DNA of 64,000 nucleotides from the NCBI RefSeq assembly GCF_035594765.1, contig NC_085846.1, positions 9,535,190-9,599,189 on the forward strand, read 5' to 3'. Source of the stretch: Anolis carolinensis (lineage: Eukaryota). The notes below the pieces were generated by a model, which ran no database searches, was not told the origin of the DNA, and worked only from the letters and a program-made list of their open reading frames with translations. The stretch's first letter is position 1. Each line of letters begins with the position of its first letter. The position numbers and the translations under genes were made by a program. Of the stretch, positions 23,614 to 35,230 are shown piece by piece.

Positions 23614-25655
23614 GTTTAGATAGGAAGGGATGGGGCCTAGAACAAAGACAAAATTACAAAGTTGGGCATGGTCAAGTCCCATTCTCCTGAACTGATCAAC
23701 TCTCAATGATGTGGAACAAATGGGATTCAATTATACCAAAGTTTTGCAGATGGAAACCTGGATACATGTAGCATCCAAAGGTGCATCTAAGATGTAGCAT
23801 GAATGCAGTTTGACAGCACTTTAGCTGCCACAGCTCAATGCAATGAAATCCTGGAAGTTGTAATTTAGTGAAGCACTAGCAATTTTTAACAGAGAAGGCT
23901 GCAGACCTTGCAAATCTAGAATTCACATAATTGTATAGCATAGAGCATGGCAGTTAAAGTGGTTTTAAACTGCATTAATTCTGCAGTGTAAATGCACTCC
24001 AAGTGTGGTCAAGATGGCAAATGCTACTCCTGAGGAAGAATACACAAACTAGGAGATGTGCAGCAGTTTTCTATTGTCTGAGCCTAATGGGAAGGGCATG
24101 ACTTTCCTCCCTCTTTGTTGGGTCAGTGGAGCAGGAACAACTGATTTCATTTTGCAGAAACTGAAGTTTGCTGAGGACCATGCAGTGGCTATAATAAGTC
24201 CAAAAAATCTGGTTTTATGTATTTTCCATTTAACCTGTGTATTAGCCACTGAGGCTATAATATAGTGACTGCAGACCAATTCTTGGTCGGATGATCTGCC
24301 ATTCCTCATGCCCTGCCACTCTCATGATGGTCACCTGGACTTGTAAGAGGTAAGTTTTGATTTAAAGATATTAGTGTATAGGCTAATATCTATACATTGT
24401 TATTGATATTATAAGATATTAGGAATTGTGGGAGTTGAAGTACAAAACACCTGGAGGGCCAATGTTTGCCCATGCCTAGTATAGACATATAGATGTCTAT
24501 ATGATATAAGCCTGCACATGCTTTTAAAAAGCACTTTTGATTAGTCTACCTACAGGTCTATCATTAAAATTAATAAGACTAACCCTGACTAGGAACAGAT
24601 ATTTTTTTAGTGGTGACCCAACACTCCTTTGCAATTTCGAGCCAGCTCAATCTCACAACCTCTGAGGATGCCTGCTATAGATGTGGGCGAAACATCAGGA
24701 GAGAATACTTCTGGAATATGGCCACACAGCCCGAAAGACATACAACAACCCTGTCAATCTAGGACAGTTTTTAATATGTTCAAAAACATACTTTCCTTAA
24801 AAAAAAACTTCTCTCACTTGTTTGGTGCTATTTGGCAACTGCTGCTATATTTCATTTTAATTGGCTTCTCCGTCAAGGCAACAGAGATGTTTTAAAACAC
24901 ATCAGCCAACAACCCCTTTCCTTCAGGAGGGATAGCTACTTCGCAACTACAAAAGGGAGAGAAATGAAAGAGCTGGTGAACTGAATGGTGTTTCGAAATT
25001 ATATGTACGCGTGTGATTTTATTTAAGATCAAAGTCAAAATCTCCCACTCTTTTTCCACCCGCCAGCCCCAGGCTTTTGAAGTTCTTCTCTCTGCAGCCA
25101 GTTGCTAAAAGCGGAATTTACTCCACTGCATAACTCTCCCTCTTTCACGCCCACTTCTTCATCTGGTATATATAACTCCTCTCTTTAACTCTCCTCTTCA
25201 CGTCTCCTCTGCCTGCCTCTTTCTATGGCCTGGAGAAACGCTTTATCTTCCCAGCTCCACAAAACTGTTAGAGTCAGGACAGATTTGCTTCTCATCACTA
25301 CTAATCTCTTGCCATCTGTCATCCAAACTAGCAGTTTTAAAGGCACGTCCGCATACTCTCCTCCCAACCAGAGCGTGGACTTCAATGCCCAGAACTTGCA
25401 AAACCATAACTCCCATGATTCCATAGCACTGAGCCACTGCAATGAAAGTGATGTCAAACTGCATTAATTCTACAGTGTAGATGGTGCTTGTTAACATGGA
25501 GCTAACAATACTGTTTCTGTCCTCTCCTAGCTTATTGTTGTTGACTCTCCTGTTTTTGATCTTGCTATAACATTTAAGACCAGGCATTGAAATAGATATA
25601 TTTTCAGTCAGGAAGTGTCACATCCCATGAACACACACAGCTTCCTTTTTTCTTA

Positions 25656-26059
25656 CCTTGTTTCCCCTAAAATAAGACATCCCCAGAAAATAAGGCCGAA
25701 AATAAGACTTTCGGCCTCCCCCGAAAGTAAGACCTAGCAAAGGTTTTGTTTGGAAGCATGCCCGTCAAACAGAACACCAGAGCATGCAGGATCAGTAAAT
25801 GTACGTATCACAGAGTGTTGTACATGGAAATAATGGTAGTAACAAGAAATTCTTGATAGTATTCACAGTTTGTCTGGTTATGATGATTTGTGATGACAAC
25901 TACTGAACAGTATATAATAAATGTTCATTTTTTTTGGTTCAACAATAAATGTGAATTCTTCTTCATGGAAAAATAAGACATCCCCTGAAAATAAGACCTA
26001 GAGCATCTTTGGGAGCAAAAATCAATATAAGACACTGTCTTATTTTCAGGGAAACATGG
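25656..26059. mobile_element. Tc1/mariner-type MITE
   Basis: TIRs CCTTGTTTCCCCTAAAATAAGAC / GTCTTATTTTCAGGGAAACATGG, TA TSD. Confidence 0.75.
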
Positions 26060-26259
26060 TATTCTCTGAAGCTGCAAAACTGTATCACAACCTTGTGTAA
26101 TCTCCTTCAATTGATTCCAATGGGATACAGAAAAATGGCATAAATACCAACATTTCTCTTTCCAGTCTGGAAAGAGCGGCTGTATTGTATTTATTTATTA
26201 TTTGGTGTGATAGAGACATTTTTCATAAAGAGCTGCCATGCCTAACAATGCATGTGCCA

Positions 26260-26570
26260 TAAAACACCACACAGTTGCTCAAAAATATCATTTTAACTGC
26301 AACATTGCACAATAAAATCAACTGTATATCATAAAGCTATGGAAAACAAAGTTATTTCTATCCCTAAATGTTTTATAAATAACTTTATTCTTAATAACAA
26401 TATGGGGGGAAACAACGCATGTAAAACTCCACGCTGTTGCTCAAAAATAACATTTTAACCAAACATCATACAATAAAATCAATTGTATATCATAAAGCTA
26501 TGGAAAACAAAGTTATTTGTATCCCCAAATCTTGTGTAAACAACTTTATTCTTTATAATAATATGGGGAG
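26260..26570. repeat. Two-copy tandem duplication, ~162-bp period
   Basis: Shared GTTGCTCAAAAATA...TGTATATCATAAAGCTATGGAAAACAAAGTTATTT...AATATGGGG. Confidence 0.85.
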
Positions 26571-27113
26571 AAAGCTGTTTCACCAACCCATATGGTGTAA
26601 TGATTTGATGATTGAAGTAAAACCCCAGAGACCTGGGTTCAAATCTCTGCTCAGCCATGGAAACACATTTGGTGAACTTGGATAAGTCATAGCCTTTCAG
26701 CCTCAGAGGAAAACAAAGTTAATCTTCTCCCCCAACAAATCTTGCCAAGGAGATCCCCATGATGTCTTAGGATTGCCGCAAGTTGGAAATAACTTGAAGG
26801 CAAGCAATGTGGGAGACAACCATTTTTTTCTTAGTTCTACAACTCTGGGGCTGCCATCAAAATGGATGGATGAACAGGCAGTTCTGCATCAAACAGCAAA
26901 TTGAGGTCAGCTCTATTACTCCATGTTACATAAAAGGAGTATAATTTTAGCAACAAAGAATATGTGGTGAGTTTATTAGTAACCAAAAGATTTACATTCT
27001 TTACAAGGGGCCCTGGAGAACTCAACAAGATTTGCATTGTTTATAGGTTATTTATAAAACTAGGAAACAAGGAGCTGACAACAGTTTCCAAAACAATATG
27101 GCATTTGTAACTA

Positions 27114-27919
27114 CAGGCAAACCCCAAGTTACAAACATCTGACTTAACAAACGTCTCATAGTTAAGAACGGGGGTGAGACAATAGGAAGTGAGAGAAATC
27201 TATCCCTCAGAAGGGAAATTCACTTCGGAAAGGGTGTCTCCACTGGAGGTTTCTCACCAATGCTCGTTTCCATCACAAACCATTTTTTTTTCAAAATCCA
27301 GTTATCACAGGGCAGAAAGTGAGGTGAAATCTTCTAAACAGGGACACAGACAGTAAAGAAAACACCACAGAGGTGTTAACCTTTCCCTGTGCTATCCAAA
27401 GCTTGCATAAATATATACAGTAAAGGTAAAGGTTTTCCCCTGGCATTAGGTCTAGTTGTGTCCAACTCTGAGAGTTGGTGTTCCTCTCCATTTCTAAGCC
27501 AAAGAGCCAGTGTTGTCTGTAGATGCCTCCAAGGCCAAGCGGCCGGCATGACTACATGGAACGCCATTACCTTCCCACTAAAGCAGTACCTATTGATCTA
27601 CTCACATATGCATGTTTTCGAACTGCTAGATTGGCAGAAGCTAGGGCTAATAGTGAGAGCTCACTCCGCTCTCCGGATTCAAACCAACGATCTTTCAGTC
27701 AGCAAATTCAGCAGTTCAGTGATTTAACCTGCTGCATCAACGGGGGCTCCATATATATACAGTACATACATACATACACACACATGCACAAACAGATACA
27801 CACACATGTATATATGGCTATAGTTACACTTTAAAATGTATCTATTCCTATTTACATACAAATTCAACTTAAGGACAAACGTACAGGATTTATCTTGTTT
27901 GTAACTTGGAGACTGTCTG
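27114..27919. mobile_element. pogo-like non-autonomous element hosting a Sauria SINE
   Basis: TIRs CAGGCAAACCCCAAGTTACAAACA / TGTTTGTAACTTGGAGACTGTCTG, TA TSD. Confidence 0.72.
27421..27750 (-). mobile_element. Sauria SINE nested in a pogo-like element
   Basis: Same family; TSD ATATATACAGTA. Confidence 0.85.
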
Positions 27920-28029
27920 TACCCAGAAATCCCATCTTGAGTTTTGCTAGATATGGAAAGTCAAGAATCAGACGCACATAATGGTCCTTTCAAGATCACA
28001 GATATTTCCTAGTAAACTATTTAGCTATA

Positions 28030-28338
28030 CAGTAGAGTCTCGCTTATCTAACATAAACAGGCCGACAGAACATTGGATAAGTCAATATGTTGGATAATAA
28101 AGAGAGATTAAGGAAAAGCCTATTAAACATCAAATTAGGTTATGATTTTACAAATTAAGCAACAAAACATTATGTTACACAACAAATTTGACATAAAAAG
28201 TAGTTCAATACACACTAATGTTATGTAGTAATTATTGTATTTATGAATTTAGCACCAAATATTACAAAGTATTGAAAACACTGACTACAAAAATGTCTTG
28301 GATAATACAGAACATTGGATAAGCGAGTGTTGAATAAG
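28030..28338. mobile_element. pogo/Tigger-like MITE, right TIR damaged
   Basis: Same family. Confidence 0.8.
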
Positions 28339-28781
28339 TTTTATGTTGTTACAGATTTTCAAATGAATTGTTTCCTGTTTTACCAACAAATAACAAAACA
28401 CAACTACTTTTCGTTACTTTTAAGTGAAGTTTTGGGAAATCAACCCATTCAAAAGGTGGTGCTGAAGAAAAGGTCTATGGATACCATGGATTGTCAAAAA
28501 AGACAAATAAAACTTGACCTAGAAGCCAAGGCTGGATCTACACTGCCATATAATGCAGTTTGAACTGCATTATATGGTCAGTGTACAATTTAAAGTGCAA
28601 TATATTTGGGTTTACACTGTCCATATGATGCAGTTCAAACTGCATTATATGGCCATGCACACCCAGCCCAAGATGACTAAATTGAGACTTTCATTTTTTG
28701 GCCATATCATGAGAAGATATGACTTGCTTAAAAAAGACAATAGTGTTTGGATAGGAAGAAGCTGGTAGAAAAATAATAATA

Positions 28782-29077
28782 CAGTAGAGTCTAACTTATC
28801 CAACATTCTGGGTTATCCAACGCATTTTTGTAGTCAATGTTTTCAATATATCGTGATATTTCATAAATACAGTAATTACAACATAACATTACTGAGTATT
28901 GAACTACTTTTTCTGTCAAATTTGTTGTATAACATGATGTTTTGGTGCTTAATTTGTAAAATCATAATCTAATTTGATTTTTAATAGGTTTTTCCTTAAT
29001 CCCGCCTTATTATCCAACATATTCGCTTATCCAACGTTCTGCTGGCCCATTTATGTTGGACAAGTGAGACTCTACTG
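28782..29077. mobile_element. pogo/Tigger-like MITE
   Basis: Same TIRs, TA TSD. Confidence 0.85.
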
Positions 29078-31469
29078 TACCACACTTGCAGCAATTGACA
29101 TATCCTAAGGAGAAAGGAGGAAAGTAGGAGAAACAGGGAGAAACTGGGACATTTGAAAAACAGCCAAAAAAAGGGATGGCAGAGGATTAATCCGGACCAT
29201 TCCTGCCAAATTCGGACAGTTAGGTGCATACACATCTTTGTTGGGTCATACCTTGACCACTCGGCTAATATATTTAAACAAAACCAATTCCAAGCTTACC
29301 TCCCTGTTACATATGGGTCAAGACAGAAATAAATCTTTGCCTCCTTTCCAAGATCTCCAGCATATCCCCTAGTTCATCTTCCTCTCTCTCTCGGTTACAT
29401 CTGCTTGACAGGTTCTGCATTTTGGTTTCTCGGTGAATCATGTTAGACGTTATCTGGAAGGAAAGATGAAATCCCCTTGTAATCCCGGCCTGTGTAATCT
29501 CATTAGCGTGCGAAGAAGGAAAGCCACTTTGGGCCACGAGAGGCAAGGCTGATGGATGAGTCAACGCTTAGGTGGTGACATGATGACAGTTACAGTTGGC
29601 CCCCCACATTCGTGGTTTTGATCATTGGTAAAATCCACAGAATTTTAAAATGTTTAGTTGTAAAGAGATAGCATACAGTTATGTTAAAAACAGGGGCAAC
29701 ATTAGACACAAAATTCAAAACAAATTAACAATTAATTTGCATCTTAATGTATACATTAACAATTAAAGTTCAACTCAATTGCAAGATCTATGCATCAGTT
29801 CAATATTGGCAGCAAAAAACGTATAATTTCTATGTCCACTCTCCTATTGTGAACAGTTAAAATGGATTAGTCCAACAGCTCAAAAGTTGGTCCAGAGTTT
29901 GAAATTATAAGATTTCAAATTTTGGATCTATAACAAATGGATACCTAACTGAAGCAAACAGATCTCCATGTGTTTGTCAGATTAATATTCTCAATAGGTT
30001 CAGTTTTTTACAACAGCAATTCCTTGAATCCAAGAAGAGATCTCAGGGTATTGTCAAACTTGTGACCCTCCAGGTGTTTTGGACTTCAGCTTCCAAAATT
30101 CCTGGCCACTGGACAAGCTGGCTAGAGCTTCTGGGGGTCGAAGGCCCAAACATCTGGATGCCCACAAGTTTGACACCTCTGATCCATGCTGTAGAATGCA
30201 GTTTGAAACCACTTGAACTGTTGTGGCTCAATGCTAGGGAATCCTGGTCTTTGTAGTTTGGTGAAGCACCAGCACTCTTTGACAAAGAAAGCTAAATGCT
30301 ATATAAAACCACAACTCTACAGATTCCATAACATTGAGTCATGGCAGTAAAAGTGGTCTCAAACTGCATTAATTCTACAATGTAGAATATGCACCCTCGA
30401 TTGTGCATTTCCAAAACTTGGCAATTTCCAAGAGTGCTCCAGCCAAGAGAATTGAAATTGGTTTTTATGTTTAACTGTTGAATTTGATCCTGTGAAGCTG
30501 CAAAATCCATAGTTCAAATCGCAAGGGAGAAGTGGTCTGTGAATGCAGATACACGCAGGGAAGATGCACGTTTCAACTTCCTGTATATGTCCTTCAGCTT
30601 CTTGTTTCGGCTTGAAATATTACAAAAAAGTGTTGTAGATGTGAGGAAAGTTCCCACGGGCTCTCAGACCCAATATACAGAAGGGAAAAAAGACAATTTT
30701 AGGAGAATCATATTTGGGGGGGGGGGGGGGGAAATCAATACATATTTAGAAAATTAGATTTTCATCTAGTCTGTTGATATGGACAGATGCAGGTCATTTT
30801 CTCACATTTACTGCACTTTGATATGATTTTAACTGCCATAAATACAGAAATGTATTTGCAGTTTTTGGCAGTCTTGGCAGTTTTATGAAATGCTAATGTT
30901 GCCTATCAGAGTGTACTATGGACTTTGCCAAATTATAAATTCCAAGAAATGATGCAGTTTGACACCACTTTAACTGACATTGCTCAATGCTAAGGGAATC
31001 CAAAACTCTCATTATTCCATATCAATGAGCCACAGAGGTAATGTGCAGGAATTCTACATTATAGATCAGTATTCCCAACCTGTGGTCGTTTTTATGCCTG
31101 TCAATGGGGTTATATGGGGTGCTGATTCAGAAAATTGTATTAGATAGACTACATCAGCTCTAGTTTATTAAATATCGTTTTATGTGGCGACTACTGGATG
31201 GCATATTATTATTTTTTATTTATTAGCGACATTTATATTCTGTCCTTCTCACCTCAAAGGGTTCTCTATGTTCTGTATCGGAAATTAGAGCTAATGTTGT
31301 CTATCCAATGCAATTTTCTGAATCAGCACCCCAAATAACCAAACCGAATCTAAAGGTGACCAAAAACTGTTTCGTAACCCTTTTGGTACTAATGTTGGAG
31401 AGTAGTCCCTTGTCAAAGTGGTCCTTGGTCAAAAAAAGGTTGGGAATCACTGCAGTAGATAAACCTTAA

Positions 31470-31982
31470 GAAAGTGTGACTTCCTGAAGGAATGTATTAA
31501 AAATAACTCATTCTATGCAGTGAAAAAGAGAAAACCCTAGTTTCTTACATACAACCAAACCACATTTGCCTGCAGGTGAATTGTGCATTCAAAGAGACAA
31601 AAAACACACAGAGAGCAACTGTAATTCAAGAGGATGAAAGTACCTTTTGTTTCTGTGTTTCTCTAATCAAAACCATAGCAATGGAAGAATAACTATAATG
31701 AAACCTCAGGGTCCTATGTAAAAAACCCTGGCTGTTTTATTTTGCACTTACATAACTGGCTACATTGCTGTCTGCTACTCCCACCCACATAGAAGTTAGT
31801 GGTTGCTTATGGTTAGTAGTAGTTCTGTGCTAAGCAAGGGCTGGGGATGTTTGCACATCGTTTGTATATGAGTGTCAGAAAACAAAACAACTGACCACAG
31901 AAAAGAAGATGTGGCTCAGAAAGATCAAGGTCTAAGCCAAGCAAGCAAGCGAGAGAGTATGGTGCTGAGAGACAGCAGCAAG
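31470..31982 (+). promoter_or_regulatory. Putative GPCR promoter and non-coding first exon
   Basis: Perfect donor AAG|gtaagt at 31982/3; acceptor tttctctccag at 32849; ETS (ACTTCCTG 31479) and RUNX (ACCACA at ~31559 and ~31894) motifs. Confidence 0.5.
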
Positions 31983-32462
31983 GTAAGTGCTCTCAATTAG
32001 AACTAATTAAGAAGCAAAACTTAAATTGAGCTAAGAAATCAGTTGGATCTTATCAGCAATAAATCGATATCTCTTGGCTTATTGAAAGTTTTCCAGCAAA
32101 TAATCTGCAGCATATTCATATTAGGCACATCTACTCTGTAGAATAAATGTGGTTTGATACCACATTAACTGTCATTGTACAACACTATGTAATCCTGAGA
32201 TTTGTAGTTTGGTGAAACACCAGCAAAGACTGAATACCTCATAACTACAACTCTCTTGAGTCCATAGCATTGGACCATGGCAGGTAAAGTGGTGTCAAAC
32301 TGCATTAATTCTACAGTGTAGATGCACCCTGGTGTATACATGTGGAGTGGATAAATATGCACAAGTTAGACCAGGACTGCGTTCTTTATTTTACATATTT
32401 CACATGTAACTATATCTATGGTTGGTGTAGAGTATATGTGTATGTAAGAACTATGTCATCTA

Positions 32463-32805
32463 CATTAGAGTCTCACTTACCCAACATAAACGGGCCGGCA
32501 GAGCGTTGGATAAGTGAAAATGTTGGATAATAAGGAGGGATTAAGGAAAAGCCTATTAAACGTCAAATTACGTTATGATTTTACAAATTAAGCACCAAGA
32601 CATCATGTTTTACAACAAATGGACAGAAAAAGCAGTTCAATACATGATAACGTTAAGTAATAATTACTGTATTTACGAATTTAGCACCAAAACTTCGCAA
32701 TGTATTGAAAAACTGACTACAAAAACATTGACTACTAAAAGGCAAACTGCGTTGAATGATACAGAACGTTGGATAATTGAAGGTTAGATAAGCGAGACTC
32801 TTCTG
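32463..32805. mobile_element. pogo/Tigger-like MITE
   Basis: Same family, in putative GPCR intron. Confidence 0.82.
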
Positions 32806-33077
32806 TACTTCCATGTCTGAGTGATCCATTTTTCTATCTTTCTCTCCAGATCTAGAGAACACCAAATTTAAAAAATATAACTAGAATTAAAACTGGATGA
32901 GGAGGAAGTGCAATGTGTCTCTGATAAATGAAAGAACTGAGTTTTTTTTTCTGACTCCTTTTGTGTGCGCCCTCCAAATGATTTCCAATTTCAGCAAAAA
33001 CCTGGACCCTTTGCCCCACTTCTGAGACAATAGGAACTGGGATCTATCAGAAAGCCCGCTGAGGATCATTTGGACTC

Positions 33078-34073
33078 ATGGATAATAACACCTTGCTATG
33101 CCAACCCGTGCTCTTTAATACCACCAAGTACTTTAAAATCCCCTTATACTCCATCGTGGTGGCTACTGGTCTGCCTCTGAACTGCTTGGCTCTCTATGCC
33201 TTGATCCACCAGATGAAGAAGTCGGTCATCCTCTCCGTTTACATCACGAACTTGGTCTTGGCCAATCTCTTGCAGATCCTGACCCTCCCATTCTGGATCT
33301 ACCACAGCTACCAAGACCACCATTGGGGTTTAGGGGAGGAGTTCTGCATTGTGTCTGCTTTAGCTTTTCGCACCAATTTCTATGCCAAAAACTGCTTCTT
33401 GTGCCTGATTGCCATGGAGCGATACCTGGGCCTTGTACATCCACTGATGTTCCAGAGGCTGCAGACGATTCGAGGGGCCGTCAAGATGAGTGTCGCCACT
33501 TGGTTTGTGGTGACCGTTTTGTGTGCCACCGGCATTGCGCTCCAGGTCAAGAATCCAAACCGAAGTCAGGACAATTGTCTGGATGATTCTGTACTGGACA
33601 AAGGCTATGCCCGGTTTAAGGTGAGCATCATTGGCTTCTCCTTCTTCATCCCTTGCCTTATGATGGGCTTCTTCTACTTCAAGGTCCTCCTCGAGCTCCG
33701 GAAGGTCGTCTCTTTGGAGAAGAGAGTTAAGAAGCAAATCTATGGCTTTGTCTCCCTCATCATTGCCACTTTCTTCCTTCTGTTCATGCCATACCAGTTG
33801 ATTTCGTCTTTCAGGTTCTACAGCGAACTGATGACCAAAGGTGACAATGGCCAGCTCTGCGAATTTGTGAAAGATCTTTTCATCTACATGCAGGTGACCT
33901 TGTGCCTAAGTACTTTGGACAACATCTTGGACCCGCTTCTTTATATCCTGCTCCTCAAGGATATCCGGGCAGAGCTCAAGGATACACTCAGTATCAAGGT
34001 TCACAGGACAGGACATTTGAACAAATCGGAAGAGCGAGATATATCTCTATATTTTACCAGCGAACAGATGTAA
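33078..34073 (+). CDS. Class A delta-group orphan GPCR, GPR4/GPR65/GPR68/GPR132-like, 331 aa
   Basis: Seven hydrophobic helices; GLPLN, TLPFW, C3.25, ERY..VHP, F-x-P-Y, DPLLY; N-glycosylation sequons; N-terminal/ECL3 and TM3/ECL2 Cys pairs; in-frame stop just upstream. Confidence 0.92.
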   Translation: MDNNTLLCQPVLFNTTKYFKIPLYSIVVATGLPLNCLALYALIHQMKKSVILSVYITNLVLANLLQILTLPFWIYHSYQDHHWGLGEEFCIVSALAFRTNFYAKNCFLCLIAMERYLGLVHPLMFQRLQTIRGAVKMSVATWFVVTVLCATGIALQVKNPNRSQDNCLDDSVLDKGYARFKVSIIGFSFFIPCLMMGFFYFKVLLELRKVVSLEKRVKKQIYGFVSLIIATFFLLFMPYQLISSFRFYSELMTKGDNGQLCEFVKDLFIYMQVTLCLSTLDNILDPLLYILLLKDIRAELKDTLSIKVHRTGHLNKSEERDISLYFTSEQM

Positions 34074-34578
34074 GGTTTAATAGTTGATGACATTCACTAT
34101 CTTTCAGATTATATGGGTGAACCTATCTGTAGAAGAAATGCAGTTTGGCATCACTTTAAGATGTCATTACTCAATGTTATGGAATCCTGGGAGCTGTAGT
34201 TTTACAAGAATTGTATTCTTCTCTGACAAAGAGTGCTGTTGGTGCCTCACCAAACTACAAATCCCAGGATTCTAGGTTGATTTTTAACATCTTGGAAAAC
34301 TGTCCAAACTTTACATATTGATACTTGGATTCCAATATAATGATGGTTCATATGTCGCAGTTATCACAATTAAAACAATGTAGGTTGAGTATTTTTATCT
34401 GAAATGCTTGGTACCAAAAGTGTTTGGGGTTGCAGATCCCCCCCCCCCCCCCCCCCGATTTTGGAATATTTGCAAACACATAATGAAAGATATTGGAGAT
34501 GGAACTCAAATCTAAATACAAAATTAATTTATGTTTCATGTACCTCTAATGGACATAGCTTCAAGGCAGTTTTACATA

Positions 34579-35230
34579 CAGTAGACTCTCAGTTAACTGG
34601 AATGCAAGCAACTAGCAACTAGCAACTACGTAGCAATTGGCAAAAAAATTGAAGAAATATCGTAGAGATTCACTTATCCAAGCCTCTGGATTATCCAAGC
34701 CATTTTTGTAGTCAATGTTTTCAATATATCATGATATTTTGGTGCTAAATTCATAAATACAGTAATTACAACATAACATTAATGCGTATTGAACTACTTT
34801 TTCTGTCAAATTTGTTGTATAACATGATGTTTTGGCGCTTAATTTGTAAAATCATAACCTAATTTGATGTTTAATAGACTTTTCCTTAATCCCTCCTCAT
34901 TATCCAAGATATTCGCTTATCCAAGCTTCTGCCGGCCTGTTTAGCTTGGATAAGTGAGACTCTACTGTAATACTTTACATAAAAATTAAAATCAGTTATA
35001 ATAAAACTGTGTTACATTAGGTTTAGTTTGCTGTTATTGTTCTAATTTGCTTCAAATACTGTATTTCAATATTCATACTAAGTCAAAATGGAATTTATGG
35101 TATGGTATAGTATGGGGTATAGTATCAGTTAGGCCTATTTTAATAGTAACCCTCAACCAACCAGAAACTCCATTTATCTGGCATCTACCAAACTGAATGG
35201 CTGCCAGTCAACTGAGAGTCTACACTACTG
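34579..35230. mobile_element. Older pogo-like MITE (host of nested MITE)
   Basis: TIRs CAGTAGACTCTCAGTTAACTGG / CCAGTCAACTGAGAGTCTAC, TA flanks. Confidence 0.7.
34661..34967. mobile_element. pogo/Tigger-like MITE nested in a related element
   Basis: Same family. Confidence 0.82.
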
